Origin: Octopus vulgaris
Lineage: Eukaryota
Assembly: GCA_951406725.2 (NCBI GenBank)
Contig: OX597814.1
Location: forward strand, 157,418,001-157,482,000
Direction: 5' to 3'
DNA: 64,000 nucleotides
The notes under the pieces are model-generated. The model saw only the letters and a program-made list of their open reading frames with translations. It made no database searches and was not told where the DNA came from. This document shows positions 62,787-64,000 of this stretch, in pieces; within the stretch, counting starts at the first letter, position 1; every line of letters starts with the position of its first letter. A program made the position numbers and the translations under genes.

Positions 62787-64000
62787 TGGATTCTCCCATT
62801 GAAGACGATGAATGAGGGTTCAGCAAATAACCTTCAACAGTTCCTAAGCCTTGTGACACCGCATGCGTACCTTCAATCCAGCAGATGTCTTGCACACTTT
62901 CTCACAAATGGTACACTTGCACGTATTCCTGGGTCCAAAATGTCTTCTCGAGTCGACAGCTAACCCAGCTTTGCTTCGTGCTTTGAACCCACAGTGACAC
63001 ACACAGTCATTGTTTGGTGGATTTTGCTGATATATACTTACCTTTCACCCAACGATATGTGGTGTACATACGCTTGTTGTCAACCATTACTCAATTGCGA
63101 GCGGTTGTAGATTTCATCACTAATTCAGTTCTCAACTAAATAGAATGCAGTTTGTTTTAGCAATGATGCTCCAGTACTAAAATACGTTTGGATATAAAAT
63201 AATTGAAATTTGGTTCATTAAAAGAAATAGTTAGATTATGATATGTGAGGGCAGAAATTGGTGTAAAGCGAAGGGTTAACTTTGAATTAAAATATTTCAA
63301 TTATTTTAAAAGTAAAGTGGCTTTCAAAGAATGTGCTCAATAAGAATTATCTTTTGCTGAAAACTTCATTTAAAAATTATTCATTTAAAAATAATTAGCT
63401 GTGAAAAATGTAGTGTGACATTAAGTCACGAAAAAAATGGTAATTCCATAATTTGAATTTGTATCAGAATATCTCAGCTATCATAAGAGTAATCTACACA
63501 ACGGTGGTGTTCAAATGAAATAACTCTATGAATAGGAATCTTATTCTGAAAAGTTCGTCGAAAAATATTAGTAACGAGAGGTATATTGTGGATGGGCGAC
63601 AATGGTGATCATTCTAACAAATCAATATATTTTTGTCATTGTAAAATATTTAACGTTATAAAGGCCATTTTGAAAATATCCTGATTTGACAACGTCAATG
63701 ACTGAAGAGGTCACAATACAATGAACATACTACGCATGACAGATGACGACTAAACCGTACAGAATTTTACCCCAACGACTGGCTGTATTAGTTAAGGGGA
63801 CTTTGGCAATGATGAGTGCTGTGAAAGACAGTATTTGATGTCAAGGACTCATTTAGCCTGATAGCACAGGGGTGTTAGTCGGAATTTTAGAGCGACAAGT
63901 TTCGAATGTCTGTAGCGCCTTGCTGGCCGCCTTTGTTTTCTAAGCTGTTGTCACAATTATTCTGCGTTCGAGCTGTGGAGTGGTGCCTTCTCTTGGTCTA
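58303..64000. repeat. Segmental/tandem duplication, copy 2 (of 1-5687), including second copies of the Naiad-type, Penelope and RTE remnants
   Basis: Near-identical sequence continues to the window end. Confidence 0.97.

Overview
This is AT-rich, microsatellite-dense eukaryotic DNA made up mostly of nested retrotransposons. The SINE and repeat types suggest a coleoid cephalopod such as an octopus (inference). Only one host gene is visible: a secreted PAN/apple plus C-type lectin, with exons at 35354-35702 and 54939-55177 around a TE-filled ~19 kb intron. Bases 1-5687 recur near-identically at 58303-64000, implying a ~58.3 kb tandem duplication unit that carries the lectin gene. Mobile elements include an intact RLE-type (HERO-like) non-LTR retrotransposon, an intact CR1-group ORF2, a cluster of R4/Dong elements in (TAA)n, RTE and Tx1 remnants, several Penelope-like elements with hammerhead ribozymes, tRNA-derived SINEs and a deleted mariner. 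The most unusual object is the HERO-like element at 14552-18654. It has 365-bp LTR-like direct repeats, each holding all hammerhead core motifs in a scrambled, pseudoknotted order, and its leader carries five GGAAAGAC motifs, mostly in small hairpins. Together these suggest an RLE retrotransposon that may replicate through a self-cleaved, possibly circular RNA. All calls come from reading the sequence by eye; no searches were run.
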